From a virus (taxonomy: Duplodnaviria > Caudoviricetes): 64,000 nt of DNA. Numbering within the stretch: position 1 is the stretch's first letter; each line of letters opens with the position of its first letter. The notes beneath the pieces were generated by a model. It searched no databases. It saw only the letters and a list, made by a program, of their open reading frames with translations, and had not been told where the DNA came from. The position numbers and the translations under genes were made by a program. Shown piece after piece: positions 25,695 to 34,655 of this stretch. The DNA is taken from IMG/VR virus record IMGVR_UViG_3300005434_000009, positions 8,581 to 72,580 of that record. One strand, written 5' to 3'.

Positions 25695-25740
25695 CCACCT
25701 GAGCAGCATAAGTGCAGGTCAGCGTGCTATACTCAGGTGG
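25695..25740. promoter_or_regulatory. Inverted repeat enclosing a -10 box at the recombinase 5' end
   Basis: CCACCTGAG-N28-CTCAGGTGG; TATACT at 25728-25733 six nt before the in-frame GTG at 25740. Confidence 0.45.
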
Positions 25741-26783
25741 TGGACGGCGTGAAGCATTCGCAACCTCGCCCCCCGAGTCAAGCTCCCGTTGAGGATCCAA
25801 AAAACGGGGTCGACCAGGTCGTCTTGAGCACCGTTAACAAAACTTATGGCGGTCCGCTCGCCGAGGAACTGGACGATCTCACGCGCGCCGATCTCGATAG
25901 CGCGCCACCACAGAACACGCTGGACGCCTACAGGTACGCACACGAGTCGTTCGCCAAGTTCTGCCGTGAGATCGGCTCGCCCATCTGCCCGGCTCCGGAG
26001 TCCACGTTGACCCGCTATGTGTCCCGGATGAACCGGGACGGGTACGCGCCCGCCACCATTACCCAGCACGTCGGGGCGATCCGGGCGATGCACAACCAGC
26101 ACGGCCACCCGGGCGAGCCGAACACCTACCGTGCGTCGCTACTGCTGCGGAAGTACCGGCGACAGCTGGCTCAGGGAGACGGGCAGCGGCAAGCCATCCC
26201 GATCGAGCCGGAGTCGCTCCGCCGCATGATCGCCACCCTGGACGTGACCACAGTGAAGGGGCAGCGGGACCGGCTGGCGTTGACGCTCGGGTTCTGCGGG
26301 ATGCTCCGCCGCTCCGAGCTTGTCGGGCTGCGAGTACACGATGTGACCGTGACCGGCGACGGAGTGACTCTGCGGGTGCGGACCAGCAAGACGGACAAGG
26401 ACTCGCAGGGGCGCGTGGTGCCGATCCCACCGCAGGGCGATCCTGACCCGAAGGCGCTCACGAGGGCGTGGTTGAACCTGGTCAATTCCGGCTTCCTGCT
26501 GCCACGTGTGTCCCGCTCGGACGAACTGATGGACGGGGCGTGGCGCGCGGCCGGTGTGTGCGACATGGTGGCCCGTTGCGCCCGGGATGCACACCTTCCG
26601 TCGCCGGATCGCTACACGGCCCACTCCCTGCGGGCCGGTGGCCTCACCGCATCGCTGCGCGCCGGCACCCCCGCTGGCGTGGCCGCACGGCACGGAGGCT
26701 GGTCACCGGAGTCCGCGATGGTGGGCCGGTACGCCCGTGTTGCCGATCAGTGGAAGCACAACGCCATGAGAGGCGTCCTATGA
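25740..26783 (+). CDS. Tyrosine recombinase, Cre-like
   Basis: SAM-like core-binding domain, then MLRRSEL, SKTDK, HSLRAG, HGGW, catalytic Y in MVGRY; start may be 25692. Confidence 0.9.
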   Translation: MDGVKHSQPRPPSQAPVEDPKNGVDQVVLSTVNKTYGGPLAEELDDLTRADLDSAPPQNTLDAYRYAHESFAKFCREIGSPICPAPESTLTRYVSRMNRDGYAPATITQHVGAIRAMHNQHGHPGEPNTYRASLLLRKYRRQLAQGDGQRQAIPIEPESLRRMIATLDVTTVKGQRDRLALTLGFCGMLRRSELVGLRVHDVTVTGDGVTLRVRTSKTDKDSQGRVVPIPPQGDPDPKALTRAWLNLVNSGFLLPRVSRSDELMDGAWRAAGVCDMVARCARDAHLPSPDRYTAHSLRAGGLTASLRAGTPAGVAARHGGWSPESAMVGRYARVADQWKHNAMRGVL

Positions 26784-27112
26784 GCGAAGCGCGCCGGTTC
26801 TGGACCTACGGTAAGGACCAGTGGTCGGGCCCGCTGATCTCACGCAGCGGGGACGAGTACGGCAACTCCACCGTGGTCTTCCGCCTGCCGGGTGAGCGGG
26901 CGCTGATCGTGGCGTACAACTGGCCGCTGCGCCGTGAGCTGGAACCGTGCGAAGGCCGAGTCGAGTGGGGCGCGGTGAACGATGACCACGGCGCCCCGAT
27001 GGACAACCCGTTGCCGCTCGCGGGCCCCGACTTGCGGGGCTTGCCTCCGGAGGAGTGGAAGCTGGTTCGGCGTGAGCTTTGGGCCAGCCCGTGGCAGGAG
27101 GTGCTGGAATGA
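26780..27112 (+). CDS. Hypothetical protein
   Basis: ATGA overlap with the recombinase stop. Confidence 0.55.
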   Translation: MSEARRFWTYGKDQWSGPLISRSGDEYGNSTVVFRLPGERALIVAYNWPLRRELEPCEGRVEWGAVNDDHGAPMDNPLPLAGPDLRGLPPEEWKLVRRELWASPWQEVLE

Positions 27113-27420
27113 GCGGCGACGGCTGGCCGTACATGTCTGACGCTGAGATCGAAGCCGTCCAGCGCAAGGTGAGCGAACCGGGTTACGTCCCACCTCCGTA
27201 TCCGCCTCTTCACGGTCTCCTGCACCAGCTTCTGTCCTCAATCGACCGGAAGCCTGACATCCACCGCGTTCGGGTCGACAGCACGTGGTGGGACGTCCTG
27301 GGTTGGGAGTGCTCCTACCGGTATCAGGCGAAGTGTCGGTGCGGTTGGTACGGCGACGAGACCAAGTCGAAGGTGACAGCTGAGCGGCAGGCGGAGTGGC
27401 ATGCGAGCTCGAAGCTTTAG
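27109..27420 (+). CDS. Hypothetical protein with CxCGW...H motif
   Basis: AKCRCGW...SK..AERQAEWH. Confidence 0.55.
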   Translation: MSGDGWPYMSDAEIEAVQRKVSEPGYVPPPYPPLHGLLHQLLSSIDRKPDIHRVRVDSTWWDVLGWECSYRYQAKCRCGWYGDETKSKVTAERQAEWHASSKL

Positions 27421-27434
27421 CAGGTGGGGACGTT

Positions 27435-27741
27435 ATGAGTGACGTGATTCGCTGGGAAGACCCACCGGAATGGCGAACCCTCCCGCTGTTTGATGAACTC
27501 CACGCCCAACCGTTGCGGTGGGCGGTGATCTGGGAGGAAGGCAGCGGGACGACCGATGAGCTGTGGGCACTCCAGAAGGCCTTGCTATCTACATCCCCGC
27601 GTGAAGTCCGACCTGGAGCAACGACACCAGGTCAGGCCCGACGGTGGCGACTCCTACTACCCCAAGGCGCTGCGCGCGGTGTACGTACCGTTCGGGGAAT
27701 CGTGGCATGGTCCGACCTACCGGGGCCAGTCGGATGCCTGA
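27435..27741 (+). pseudogene. Probably frameshifted small gene
   Basis: N-terminal half in one frame, C-terminal half (..DGGDSYY..) in the +1 frame ending in ATGCCTGA coupling to the next gene; break near 27585-27591. Confidence 0.4.
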
Positions 27742-27985
27742 CTCCCCGCCGACGCTCACCCGCGTGTCCATCGACCTGAACGTGCGAGTCCGTGGGCGGC
27801 AGACTCTCGCTGGCCTGGAGGACGTCCACGGTCCGATCGAGGTGGGCCAACTGGTGGAGGTGTTCGAGGAGGAGTCCGGTGCCTACGGTCCGGGGTATGT
27901 GATGGACATCGACACGAAGAAGCGGCTGGTGTACCTGTCGGTGGACTGGGCTGGGATGCGACTACCGGAGGCTGACTGTGGTTGA
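27734..27985 (+). CDS. Hypothetical protein
   Basis: IDLNVRVRG...VFEEESG..G.G.V.DID...LVYLSVDW. Confidence 0.65.
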   Translation: MPDSPPTLTRVSIDLNVRVRGRQTLAGLEDVHGPIEVGQLVEVFEEESGAYGPGYVMDIDTKKRLVYLSVDWAGMRLPEADCG

Positions 27986-28448
27986 GCTCGACATCATTGA
28001 GTCCGAAGCCGTTCCAGCTGACGGTAAGGACGGGCGGCCGGCGTCATTCATCCAGTGGAAGGGCACCGACCTGTGCGCTGATTTCTTCTGCCCGTGCGGG
28101 AGCGGTGGGCACATCGACGCCGGGTTCGCCTACTCGGTGCACTGCACAGAATGTGGTCGCCGCTGGCACCTGGCCCCCGTGCTGTTGGTGCGGGAGATGA
28201 AACCCGGTGAGTTCGACCCGGGTGAGGCGGTGATCGACCTCTACGACGATGACGCCGACGAGAGAATGGCGATGCCGGTATTCACCAGGAACTGGCCTGG
28301 CCACAAGTGCCCGGTATGCGGGGTGATGATCGCAGAGGTGAACACCACCCGGGACGGTGACGCCGCCCAAACGCTCCCCTGTGGTTGTCGTTGGGACCGC
28401 AGCCGTGAGGGGCAGTGGAAGCACCAGGGCGAGCACCGGCATGTCTGA
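27978..28448 (+). CDS. Zn-ribbon hypothetical protein
   Basis: FIQWKGTDLC.DF.CPCG..GH.D..F.Y...CTECG plus a second CPVC...PCGC. Confidence 0.7.
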   Translation: MVELDIIESEAVPADGKDGRPASFIQWKGTDLCADFFCPCGSGGHIDAGFAYSVHCTECGRRWHLAPVLLVREMKPGEFDPGEAVIDLYDDDADERMAMPVFTRNWPGHKCPVCGVMIAEVNTTRDGDAAQTLPCGCRWDRSREGQWKHQGEHRHV

Positions 28449-28656
28449 GCCTAAGACCCAGCGGGTCCTCGTCCACGTCCGCTACCCCGACGATCCTCCA
28501 CTGGAGATGGTGTACAGCGCTGACGGGACGGTGGAGCAGTTGGCCGGCCCTCCGGGTGTGGTGATGGAGGTCCCGGTGTCGGAACCTGGGCCGACCATGA
28601 CGGTTCGGCTCGAGCACAGCCCGGAGGACGGGACGACATGGACGGAGCTGACGTGA
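28441..28656 (+). CDS. Hypothetical protein
   Basis: ATG overlap with the previous stop. Confidence 0.5.
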   Translation: MSEPKTQRVLVHVRYPDDPPLEMVYSADGTVEQLAGPPGVVMEVPVSEPGPTMTVRLEHSPEDGTTWTELT

Positions 28657-28944
28657 GCGACGCCGAGTCCATCGCCCTGATCCGCTGGCTGGACGAACGG
28701 CCGCCCACCGAACGCGGGTGATGGAGCAACAGGGACCTTACGGAACTCGCCGGTGACCCGGCCGAGCAAGGTGCGGGTGACCGAGTACAGCAACATCGCT
28801 GGGGCGTCTCGCTCGGTATATGTGGCCTGATGGTCGGGTGCGGCGGTTCGACCGCAACCGTGGAGATCTGGGGTGGACCGAGGTGGATGATGCCTGATCT
28901 CGTCGGACGAGTACACCGACGTTTGCCCCTGAACGCAACAAAGG

Positions 28945-29045
28945 ACCCCACCTCCCCGATCCCGTAGGACCGAAGAGGTGGGGCCAATGTGGGGTTCCGC
29001 CGCCCCAGGAGTCGCTCCGGGGGGAGCTGACGACGGAACCCCGAT
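28945..29045. terminator. Paired hairpins where the + accessory operon and the - late operon converge
   Basis: CCCCACCTC...GAGGTGGGG and GGGGTTCCG...CGGAACCCC stems. Confidence 0.5.
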
Positions 29046-29078
29046 CCGTGGGGCGGTTAGTCAGATGTTGGTATGGCT

Positions 29079-29696
29079 CTACGGAAGGACAGCCGCGTAA
29101 TACCGTTGCCCCGACGCGACGAGCGAGGCCGCGGTGAACGACGACGGCAGATCGGTCTGCCCAGTGAGCGTGCCGATGATGCGTGGGACTAGAGCCGTCT
29201 CGTTGATGACACCGGTGCCCACGGACAACCCCGGCAACGTGGGGGCTGTCGCCGCTGTGACCACCAAGATCGCCAACGCGTACCGCTGCCCGGCGACCTT
29301 CGCGTAACTGGACGACCACGACCGGGTGTAGGCGGTATTGGCCGCTGCGAAGATCGTGGTGTCGTTGGCGATCGACGCGACCAGAGTGCCGTTGTCGGAG
29401 CCGTCCACCGTGTACAGGCCGAAGCGGACCAGGGTGGGAGTCGCGCCCGCCGCTGTCCCGCCGGAGTACACGCGGACCTGGGTGGTGGTCTCCGTTTTTC
29501 GGGCGGTGAAGAAACTCAGCCGCAACGACTGGGACACCGTGGTCAGGGCGTTGCTTGCCGCCATGGTTACCGGGAACGTCGCTTCCCCGGTTGCCAGGGC
29601 GTCAGGGTCGCGCAGCAACGCCGGCGGCAGGTTGTCCCCGTCGGGGATCTCGGTGAGAGTCCCGCCGTTGTTGTAGACGGGCCTGCGGGAGGCCAC
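29079..29696 (-). CDS. Tail/fibre-associated structural protein
   Basis: Thr/Ala/Gly-rich beta protein ending the late operon. Confidence 0.55.
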   Translation of the reverse strand: MASRRPVYNNGGTLTEIPDGDNLPPALLRDPDALATGEATFPVTMAASNALTTVSQSLRLSFFTARKTETTTQVRVYSGGTAAGATPTLVRFGLYTVDGSDNGTLVASIANDTTIFAAANTAYTRSWSSSYAKVAGQRYALAILVVTAATAPTLPGLSVGTGVINETALVPRIIGTLTGQTDLPSSFTAASLVASGQRYYAAVLP

Positions 29697-29699
29697 CGC

Positions 29700-30206
29700 C
29701 TACGCCAGGACGATCGTGGTGGTCGGCTTGAAGTCGATGGCGGTGGTGGTGAGCCCTACCCCGATCTTCTGCACCGTCTTACCCGTGCCGGAGGGCGCGG
29801 TGGTGGTGAACCCGCCCGGGGTGGTGTCGGACAGGAACACCTCAGCCCCGGCGGTGACAGAGGTGACGGCGGTGTTGATCCCGGCCAGGTACACAGCCGC
29901 GGTGCCTCCGTTGGAGACGGAGGCCAACACGAACCCGTCGGCTTTCTTGCCGGAGGTGGACGCGTCGGCCTTGCGCACCTTCGCCCCGGTGGAGGTCCAC
30001 ACGTTGACGAAGTCCCCGGCGTTCAACGCTTCGGTGGCGACCAGGTTCTGGATCTCGATGTCGGTGCCGACCGGCATGAACGAGGGGTCCAGGCGCCCGG
30101 AGCCGTCCAGGCCGGGGATCTTACCGGCGTCCCCGGCGCCCGCCGACGACGCCAACGCGGCCTTCTCGGTGAGAGTTCCGGCGACCTGGGCGATGTACTT
30201 GTCCAC
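29700..30206 (-). CDS. Fibre-associated structural protein
   Basis: ATEALNAGDFVNVW...KVRKADA...ADGFV...FLS..PG..T.TAP...VQKIG; AGGAG RBS. Confidence 0.6.
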   Translation of the reverse strand: MDKYIAQVAGTLTEKAALASSAGAGDAGKIPGLDGSGRLDPSFMPVGTDIEIQNLVATEALNAGDFVNVWTSTGAKVRKADASTSGKKADGFVLASVSNGGTAAVYLAGINTAVTSVTAGAEVFLSDTTPGGFTTTAPSGTGKTVQKIGVGLTTTAIDFKPTTTIVLA

Positions 30207-30279
30207 TGAGGCTCCTATGTCAAGGCACGACGAATAGCCCTGAACCGGCGGCGGTCGGGGCGAAGTGGGGGGGGTGAGG

Positions 30280-30702
30280 TCAGGTGAGCCGGCCGACGTG
30301 CAGCGGCACCACATCGGAGAAGGTGTCGCGCTTTTGAGTGGCCGCGTGTGTCAGGTCGTGGGTGACGCCCGCTTTCGTTTCCCGGACCTGGGGGTCGAAG
30401 AAAGCGTGGTATTGCTGGAAGGCGCCCCCGGTGAAACTCAAACTATGTTGAGCATCAATGCATTCGTAGGCGGGCTGCTGGGACCAGTCGCCACCGGTGG
30501 GAAGGTTGAACCCGCCCTCGAGCTCGGTGCGGCCACCGCTGGTGGTCTTAATGATCGTCCCGTACTTCTCGATCTTCAGGCCGAAGCACCACAAATCGCC
30601 ACCGGCATTCAAGATCCGCCGATTCGGTGTCACCCCGGCGCCGGTGTGGGTGATGAACCGGCCTCGGACCCAGACGTGGGAGATGTTCCCCGGTAGCGCC
30701 AT
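30280..30702 (-). CDS. Hypothetical late protein
   Basis: Intact ORF in the late operon. Confidence 0.5.
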   Translation of the reverse strand: MALPGNISHVWVRGRFITHTGAGVTPNRRILNAGGDLWCFGLKIEKYGTIIKTTSGGRTELEGGFNLPTGGDWSQQPAYECIDAQHSLSFTGGAFQQYHAFFDPQVRETKAGVTHDLTHAATQKRDTFSDVVPLHVGRLT

Positions 30703-30741
30703 CCAGTCCCTCCACTTTCCGACAGAACGAAGGGACTCGAG

Positions 30742-31356
30742 TCACATGAAGAACGGGAGGAAGGATCCCACGCCCAACGGGGGGATCGCCACCGTCCACC
30801 CGCCGGCGGTGTTCGCGGTCCCAGTGAACGCGCCCGGATCCTCAGAGCTGGCGTTGAGGGTGCGGCGAGCCAGGGCGAGAAGGTGGTCGCCGGCGTTGAA
30901 CGACGCGTTAGCGAGGTTGGTGTAGTTCGTCGGGGCGGCGGTGATCGAGTTGGTGAAGTTCGAACCACCCGCGAACCACAGATAATCCCTGGCGGTCGTC
31001 ATATTCAACGCCGGCGGGTTGATCGCCCCCGTGGTCCCGGCGTACCCGATCCCGGCGATAGACCCTGACCAGTTGTCGATGGAGGTGATGAAGCCTCCGG
31101 ACCGGCCGCCACCAGCTACCGTGCACGTGTCGCTAGCCTGGGCAACCTTCGCCCACACCTTCACAAACGTGGTCGAGCCGACGTTGGTCGAGCCCACCAG
31201 GGTCCAGGCGCCGTTGACGCTCGATGCCCCGGTCGCCGAGGTGAGACAGCCGACGTTGGCGAGAAGCAGCTGCCCGGCGGTGAAGGCGGGCATCGTGAAA
31301 ACGCCGGTGGTGGTGTCGGTGGTGGCGGCCTGGGCGTTGACGGTGGGGAACGCCAT
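30742..31356 (-). CDS. Minor tail / receptor-binding-like protein
   Basis: AGQLLLA...GAWTLVG...VWAKVA...EDPG.F repeat typical of actinophage tail proteins. Confidence 0.55.
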   Translation of the reverse strand: MAFPTVNAQAATTDTTTGVFTMPAFTAGQLLLANVGCLTSATGASSVNGAWTLVGSTNVGSTTFVKVWAKVAQASDTCTVAGGGRSGGFITSIDNWSGSIAGIGYAGTTGAINPPALNMTTARDYLWFAGGSNFTNSITAAPTNYTNLANASFNAGDHLLALARRTLNASSEDPGAFTGTANTAGGWTVAIPPLGVGSFLPFFM

Positions 31357-31359
31357 CGG

Positions 31360-31830
31360 TCAGAGGGTTTGGCTGGAAGCGAGCAGGATCCACACCCCGC
31401 CGGCGAGGGAGCTGTACCGCATCCCGATTAACCCGACCTTCCCGGAGGCGATAGCCAGGGTGGAGGACAGCCCGGTGGACAGGACGATGGACCCGTTGTA
31501 GGTGACCGTCCTGGCACCGCCGGACGCCAGGACTTCCACGAACAACATCTGCCCGTTGGTGCCGTTTGTGGGCACCGACATGGCCGGGTTGCCGGTGGCG
31601 GTGATCTGGTGATTGTCCCCGGTGGAGGCGTCGATCGCCAACGTGGTGGTGACCGACTGGGTCTGGGGGGTGCGCACCTCACGGACAGCGGTGACCAGCC
31701 CGGTGAACGTCGGGGACGCCAACGGTGCTTTGAGTGCGTCGGCGGCGTCCATCTGCTGCTTCGTTGCCGCCTGCAACGCCGACGTCGCATCGGCTGGCAG
31801 AACGACTGGGGTGGTGAACTGCCGCGCCAC
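31360..31830 (-). CDS. Tail fibre-like protein
   Basis: AATKQ..D...KAPLASPTFTG motif. Confidence 0.6.
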   Translation of the reverse strand: MARQFTTPVVLPADATSALQAATKQQMDAADALKAPLASPTFTGLVTAVREVRTPQTQSVTTTLAIDASTGDNHQITATGNPAMSVPTNGTNGQMLFVEVLASGGARTVTYNGSIVLSTGLSSTLAIASGKVGLIGMRYSSLAGGVWILLASSQTL

Positions 31831-32930
31831 TACCCCTCCACCATGCACGTCCAGTTATTCGACGCCGGGGCGGCGGGCAGTGTCACGACAAGGTTGTTCG
31901 CGTCCGAGGCGACCTCGTCGAACTCCACCAACTGACCTTGGGTGTACCCGGCGGCCGGGGAGGTGTAAGCGCGCACCGTCAACCGGGGGGCTGAGTTCCC
32001 CAGCGCATGGTTGATCGTCACCGTGGACCCGGAGATGGAGAAGATCCCCGATGTGGACGACGGGATGACCCCGGTGACCTTCCGGACCACCTTCGTGGTG
32101 TCGACCGCCACCCCGGACCCGGACACCGAGATGCCAGTGTCGGCGACCACGGAGAACGTGTTCGTGGACAGGGTCAAACCGTTGCCGGCGGAGTAGGTGG
32201 CCCCGGTGGCACCCCGGAACGCGAACGTCGGAGTCGTAGTGCCCAGGGTGATAGCCGAGTCGTTGGTGAGTACCGCGAACGTGTCCGCGTTCGTGCCCTG
32301 CTCCACGATCCAGAACGACCCCAGCACCGCCTCAGCGGAGGTGTCCCAGTTCGTCGCCCTGGTCATGGCCGACCCGGCACCGTTGAACACGTACGGGCCA
32401 CCCTGGGAGCCGGTGGTCTGGTTCGTCAGCAGGAAGATCTGCCCGTTGGATGCGGTGACACCGTCGATCGTGGACGGCGCCGACGCGATGTTGATGTTCG
32501 TGGTGGCGGCGGCGACCACAGCGCCCTTGATGATCAGTCCAGTGGACAGCCCGGAGATCTGGGTGTCGACGTAGTTCTTCGTCGCCGCATCCTGGGCCGA
32601 CCCCGGGTCGGTGACGTTGGTGAGCTTGTGCGACCCGATGGACAGGTCCGTGTTCGGGGTGGCGAACTGGTCCAGCCGGTAAGCCTGCACCGTGGCAGCC
32701 AGGTCCGAAATGGTGGACGACAGCTGGGTGCCGGTGTGGTTTGCCCGCGCCCGCACATCAATGGCGGTGGTGCCGTCCCAGTACATGAGCCGGTTGGTCG
32801 AGGTGTTGAACCATACCCGGCCTGCCTGCCCAGACCCCAACCCTGCCGGGTCCGAGGAGACGGGGTTGAGCATGGCGTTGAGGAGACTGAACCCCAGCAG
32901 GTCCAGGTCGGTGGCGAACCTACGGCTCAA
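31830..32930 (-). CDS. Tail fibre protein
   Basis: RARANHTGTQ, KLTNVTDP..AQDAATKNYVD, YSAGNGLTL; TTG start 8 nt after AGGAG. Confidence 0.75.
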   Translation of the reverse strand: MSRRFATDLDLLGFSLLNAMLNPVSSDPAGLGSGQAGRVWFNTSTNRLMYWDGTTAIDVRARANHTGTQLSSTISDLAATVQAYRLDQFATPNTDLSIGSHKLTNVTDPGSAQDAATKNYVDTQISGLSTGLIIKGAVVAAATTNINIASAPSTIDGVTASNGQIFLLTNQTTGSQGGPYVFNGAGSAMTRATNWDTSAEAVLGSFWIVEQGTNADTFAVLTNDSAITLGTTTPTFAFRGATGATYSAGNGLTLSTNTFSVVADTGISVSGSGVAVDTTKVVRKVTGVIPSSTSGIFSISGSTVTINHALGNSAPRLTVRAYTSPAAGYTQGQLVEFDEVASDANNLVVTLPAAPASNNWTCMVEG

Positions 32931-32941
32931 GGGGCACGCTC

Positions 32942-33352
32942 CTAAGACACGTAAACGACGCCGGAGAACGGCACCCCGAAGGTGAGTTCGGTGATGCCGG
33001 TGGCGGGGTGAGAGAGGGTGGCCCACTCGGTGGAGTAGCCGTCGTTTTCCACGGCCACAACCCCGGCCGGTTTGAACAGGAACCCGTGCTGGATCTGCAC
33101 CAGCAACGCCGGAGAGGACTGGGTGTGCACGTACCCGAGCCCCGCCTCATCACCGGCCGGACCCGCTGGTCCTTGCGGTCCAGGTGGTCCCTGCACTCCG
33201 ACGTCGGAGATCTGGATGACCGGTGCCGTCTCGGTGATGGACAGCCGCACCGGCTCCTCTGTGACTTCCAGTACCGTCACGCCGTTCACCACGGTCACCT
33301 GCACCGACGGGGAGGTGACCTGGAGGTTGGCCGTCTCTTCGACGACCGTCAC
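32942..33352 (-). CDS. Short collagen-repeat structural protein
   Basis: GVQGPPGPQGPAGPAG, then YVHTQS.P...IQH. Confidence 0.65.
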   Translation of the reverse strand: MTVVEETANLQVTSPSVQVTVVNGVTVLEVTEEPVRLSITETAPVIQISDVGVQGPPGPQGPAGPAGDEAGLGYVHTQSSPALLVQIQHGFLFKPAGVVAVENDGYSTEWATLSHPATGITELTFGVPFSGVVYVS

Positions 33353-33717
33353 CTCCACCGGGTCACCGCCCGCTCCAGCGACGACTTCCCCTTCAATAGC
33401 TTCTTGTCCTGACCGCCGGCGAGGATGACGAACAGATCCCATTTGCCGAGGGTGAAGTCCAACAAGGCGGTGATGTCACCGGATACGTTGGCGTCGATGA
33501 CCCCGGAGGTGTTCAGCGGGCCGATGGTCTGGCCGTCGCGGAGGTTGTCCGAGTCGAAGTCGAGCAAGGTGTCGGCTGAGTCGACCGCGTCACGGACCTG
33601 GAACAGCACCCGCGCCCCGGTCAGGTCGACCAGGGCGCCGGCCTTGTCTCGCCACACGATGTACAGCTGGAGGTCTTCACCCTGGGCGATGGGTAAGTCG
33701 TAGGTCTGGGCAGTCAC
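33349..33717 (-). CDS. BppU-N/baseplate adaptor-like protein
   Basis: YDLPIAQG.D...DLTGA...QVR...WDL...LLKG. Confidence 0.6.
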   Translation of the reverse strand: MTAQTYDLPIAQGEDLQLYIVWRDKAGALVDLTGARVLFQVRDAVDSADTLLDFDSDNLRDGQTIGPLNTSGVIDANVSGDITALLDFTLGKWDLFVILAGGQDKKLLKGKSSLERAVTRWR

Positions 33718-33769
33718 CTGCTCCGCCTCCTTGCGAGCTCAGGGGAACGAGGGAGACGGAGCGGGCGGG

Positions 33770-33916
33770 CTAGTACCAGCGGTTGCCCCACGGGGCGGCC
33801 GTACCGAGGACCAGAAGGACCAATCCCAACACCAGGAGCAGGACGCCCAAGGTCTGGAGGATCCCGATTCCGAAGACGACACCGAGGATGATCAGCAGGA
33901 TTCCGAGCAGGATCAT
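33770..33916 (-). CDS. DUF6131-like small 2-TM protein (48 aa, not in the ORF track)
   Basis: MILLGILLIILGVVFGIGILQTLGVLLLVLGLVLLVLG...RWY. Confidence 0.65.
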   Translation of the reverse strand: MILLGILLIILGVVFGIGILQTLGVLLLVLGLVLLVLGTAAPWGNRWY

Positions 33917-34260
33917 GCGACCACCTCGGGCGCCGAGGCCGGGGCGACCACCTGAGTGCGGATGAAGAATGCGGTCACGGCGGACACGAACACCATCACC
34001 GACGACTGAACATCCGGAGCGAGCGCCAGACCGAACGAGAGAGCGCAGGCGATGCCGGCCTGGACAAGCCCGGAGGCGGCGGCGGCGGCCTTCTCAGCGG
34101 ACACCGACGCGGCGAGGACGAACCCGAGCAGCGCCACGGCGACCGCGTTCAGGGTCCCCTGCTCCGCCACGGAGAGATGCAGGAACAGAGCCGAGGCCAG
34201 CTGGATGACGGCCGCTGCGAAGCCGAGGATCTGGGCGGGCTCTCGCTTGAGGTAGTTCAC
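33913..34260 (-). CDS. Holin-like membrane protein
   Basis: KREPA + 4 hydrophobic segments + FIRTQVV.P, typical of actinophage holins. Confidence 0.7.
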   Translation of the reverse strand: MNYLKREPAQILGFAAAVIQLASALFLHLSVAEQGTLNAVAVALLGFVLAASVSAEKAAAAASGLVQAGIACALSFGLALAPDVQSSVMVFVSAVTAFFIRTQVVAPASAPEVVA

Positions 34261-34559
34261 GACGGGACCTCCTGGGTTGTGCCGGCCTCCTGGTCGGCGT
34301 CGATGAGTACGAAGTGCGCGGACAGAGCCGCCCAGAAAAGGGCGAACGCCGCCGCTCCGATCCACCTACAGCTGTTGTCGGGGCCCAGCCCCAACTTGCG
34401 GGAGGCCCACCGGCTCACACGGCCCAGCCAGCGGTTCATCACCCGAGACAGGGTGAGGTGTTTGTTCCGCCGGAACGCGGCCTCCTCGAGCAGCGCGAAG
34501 CTGCCCAACACCCCGGCGATCCAGAAGGCCCAAGCGCGGGGCCACAGCCGTGCTGCCAT
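34257..34559 (-). CDS. 2-TM membrane protein in the lysis cassette
   Basis: W..W...FALLE.AA...TLSR...FALFWAALSAHF. Confidence 0.6.
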   Translation of the reverse strand: MAARLWPRAWAFWIAGVLGSFALLEEAAFRRNKHLTLSRVMNRWLGRVSRWASRKLGLGPDNSCRWIGAAAFALFWAALSAHFVLIDADQEAGTTQEVPS

Positions 34560-34592
34560 CGCCGGTCTCCCGTTCGACGTGACGTTGGAGCC

Positions 34593-34640
34593 GCCCCGGG
34601 GGTGCGGCGGGGAGCGGGCGAGTTACCGCACCCCCGGGGC
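34593..34640. terminator. Perfect 15-bp inverted repeat (hairpin) within the lysis cassette
   Basis: GCCCCGGGGGTGCGG-N18-CCGCACCCCCGGGGC, intergenic. Confidence 0.6.
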
Positions 34641-34655
34641 TGGCGAGGGAGGTGG

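Noticed and set aside
3344-27420. Shared CxCGW...SK..A...H motif in two small proteins, tandem DUF6221 genes, and recurrent ...GAA/EVA C-termini
   Set aside because: Common actinophage small-gene families; the C-terminal endings are by-products of RBS/stop overlaps
28653-28897. Two further possible frameshifted micro-ORFs at the end of the + operon
   Set aside because: Too short to tell real genes from decay or homopolymer error
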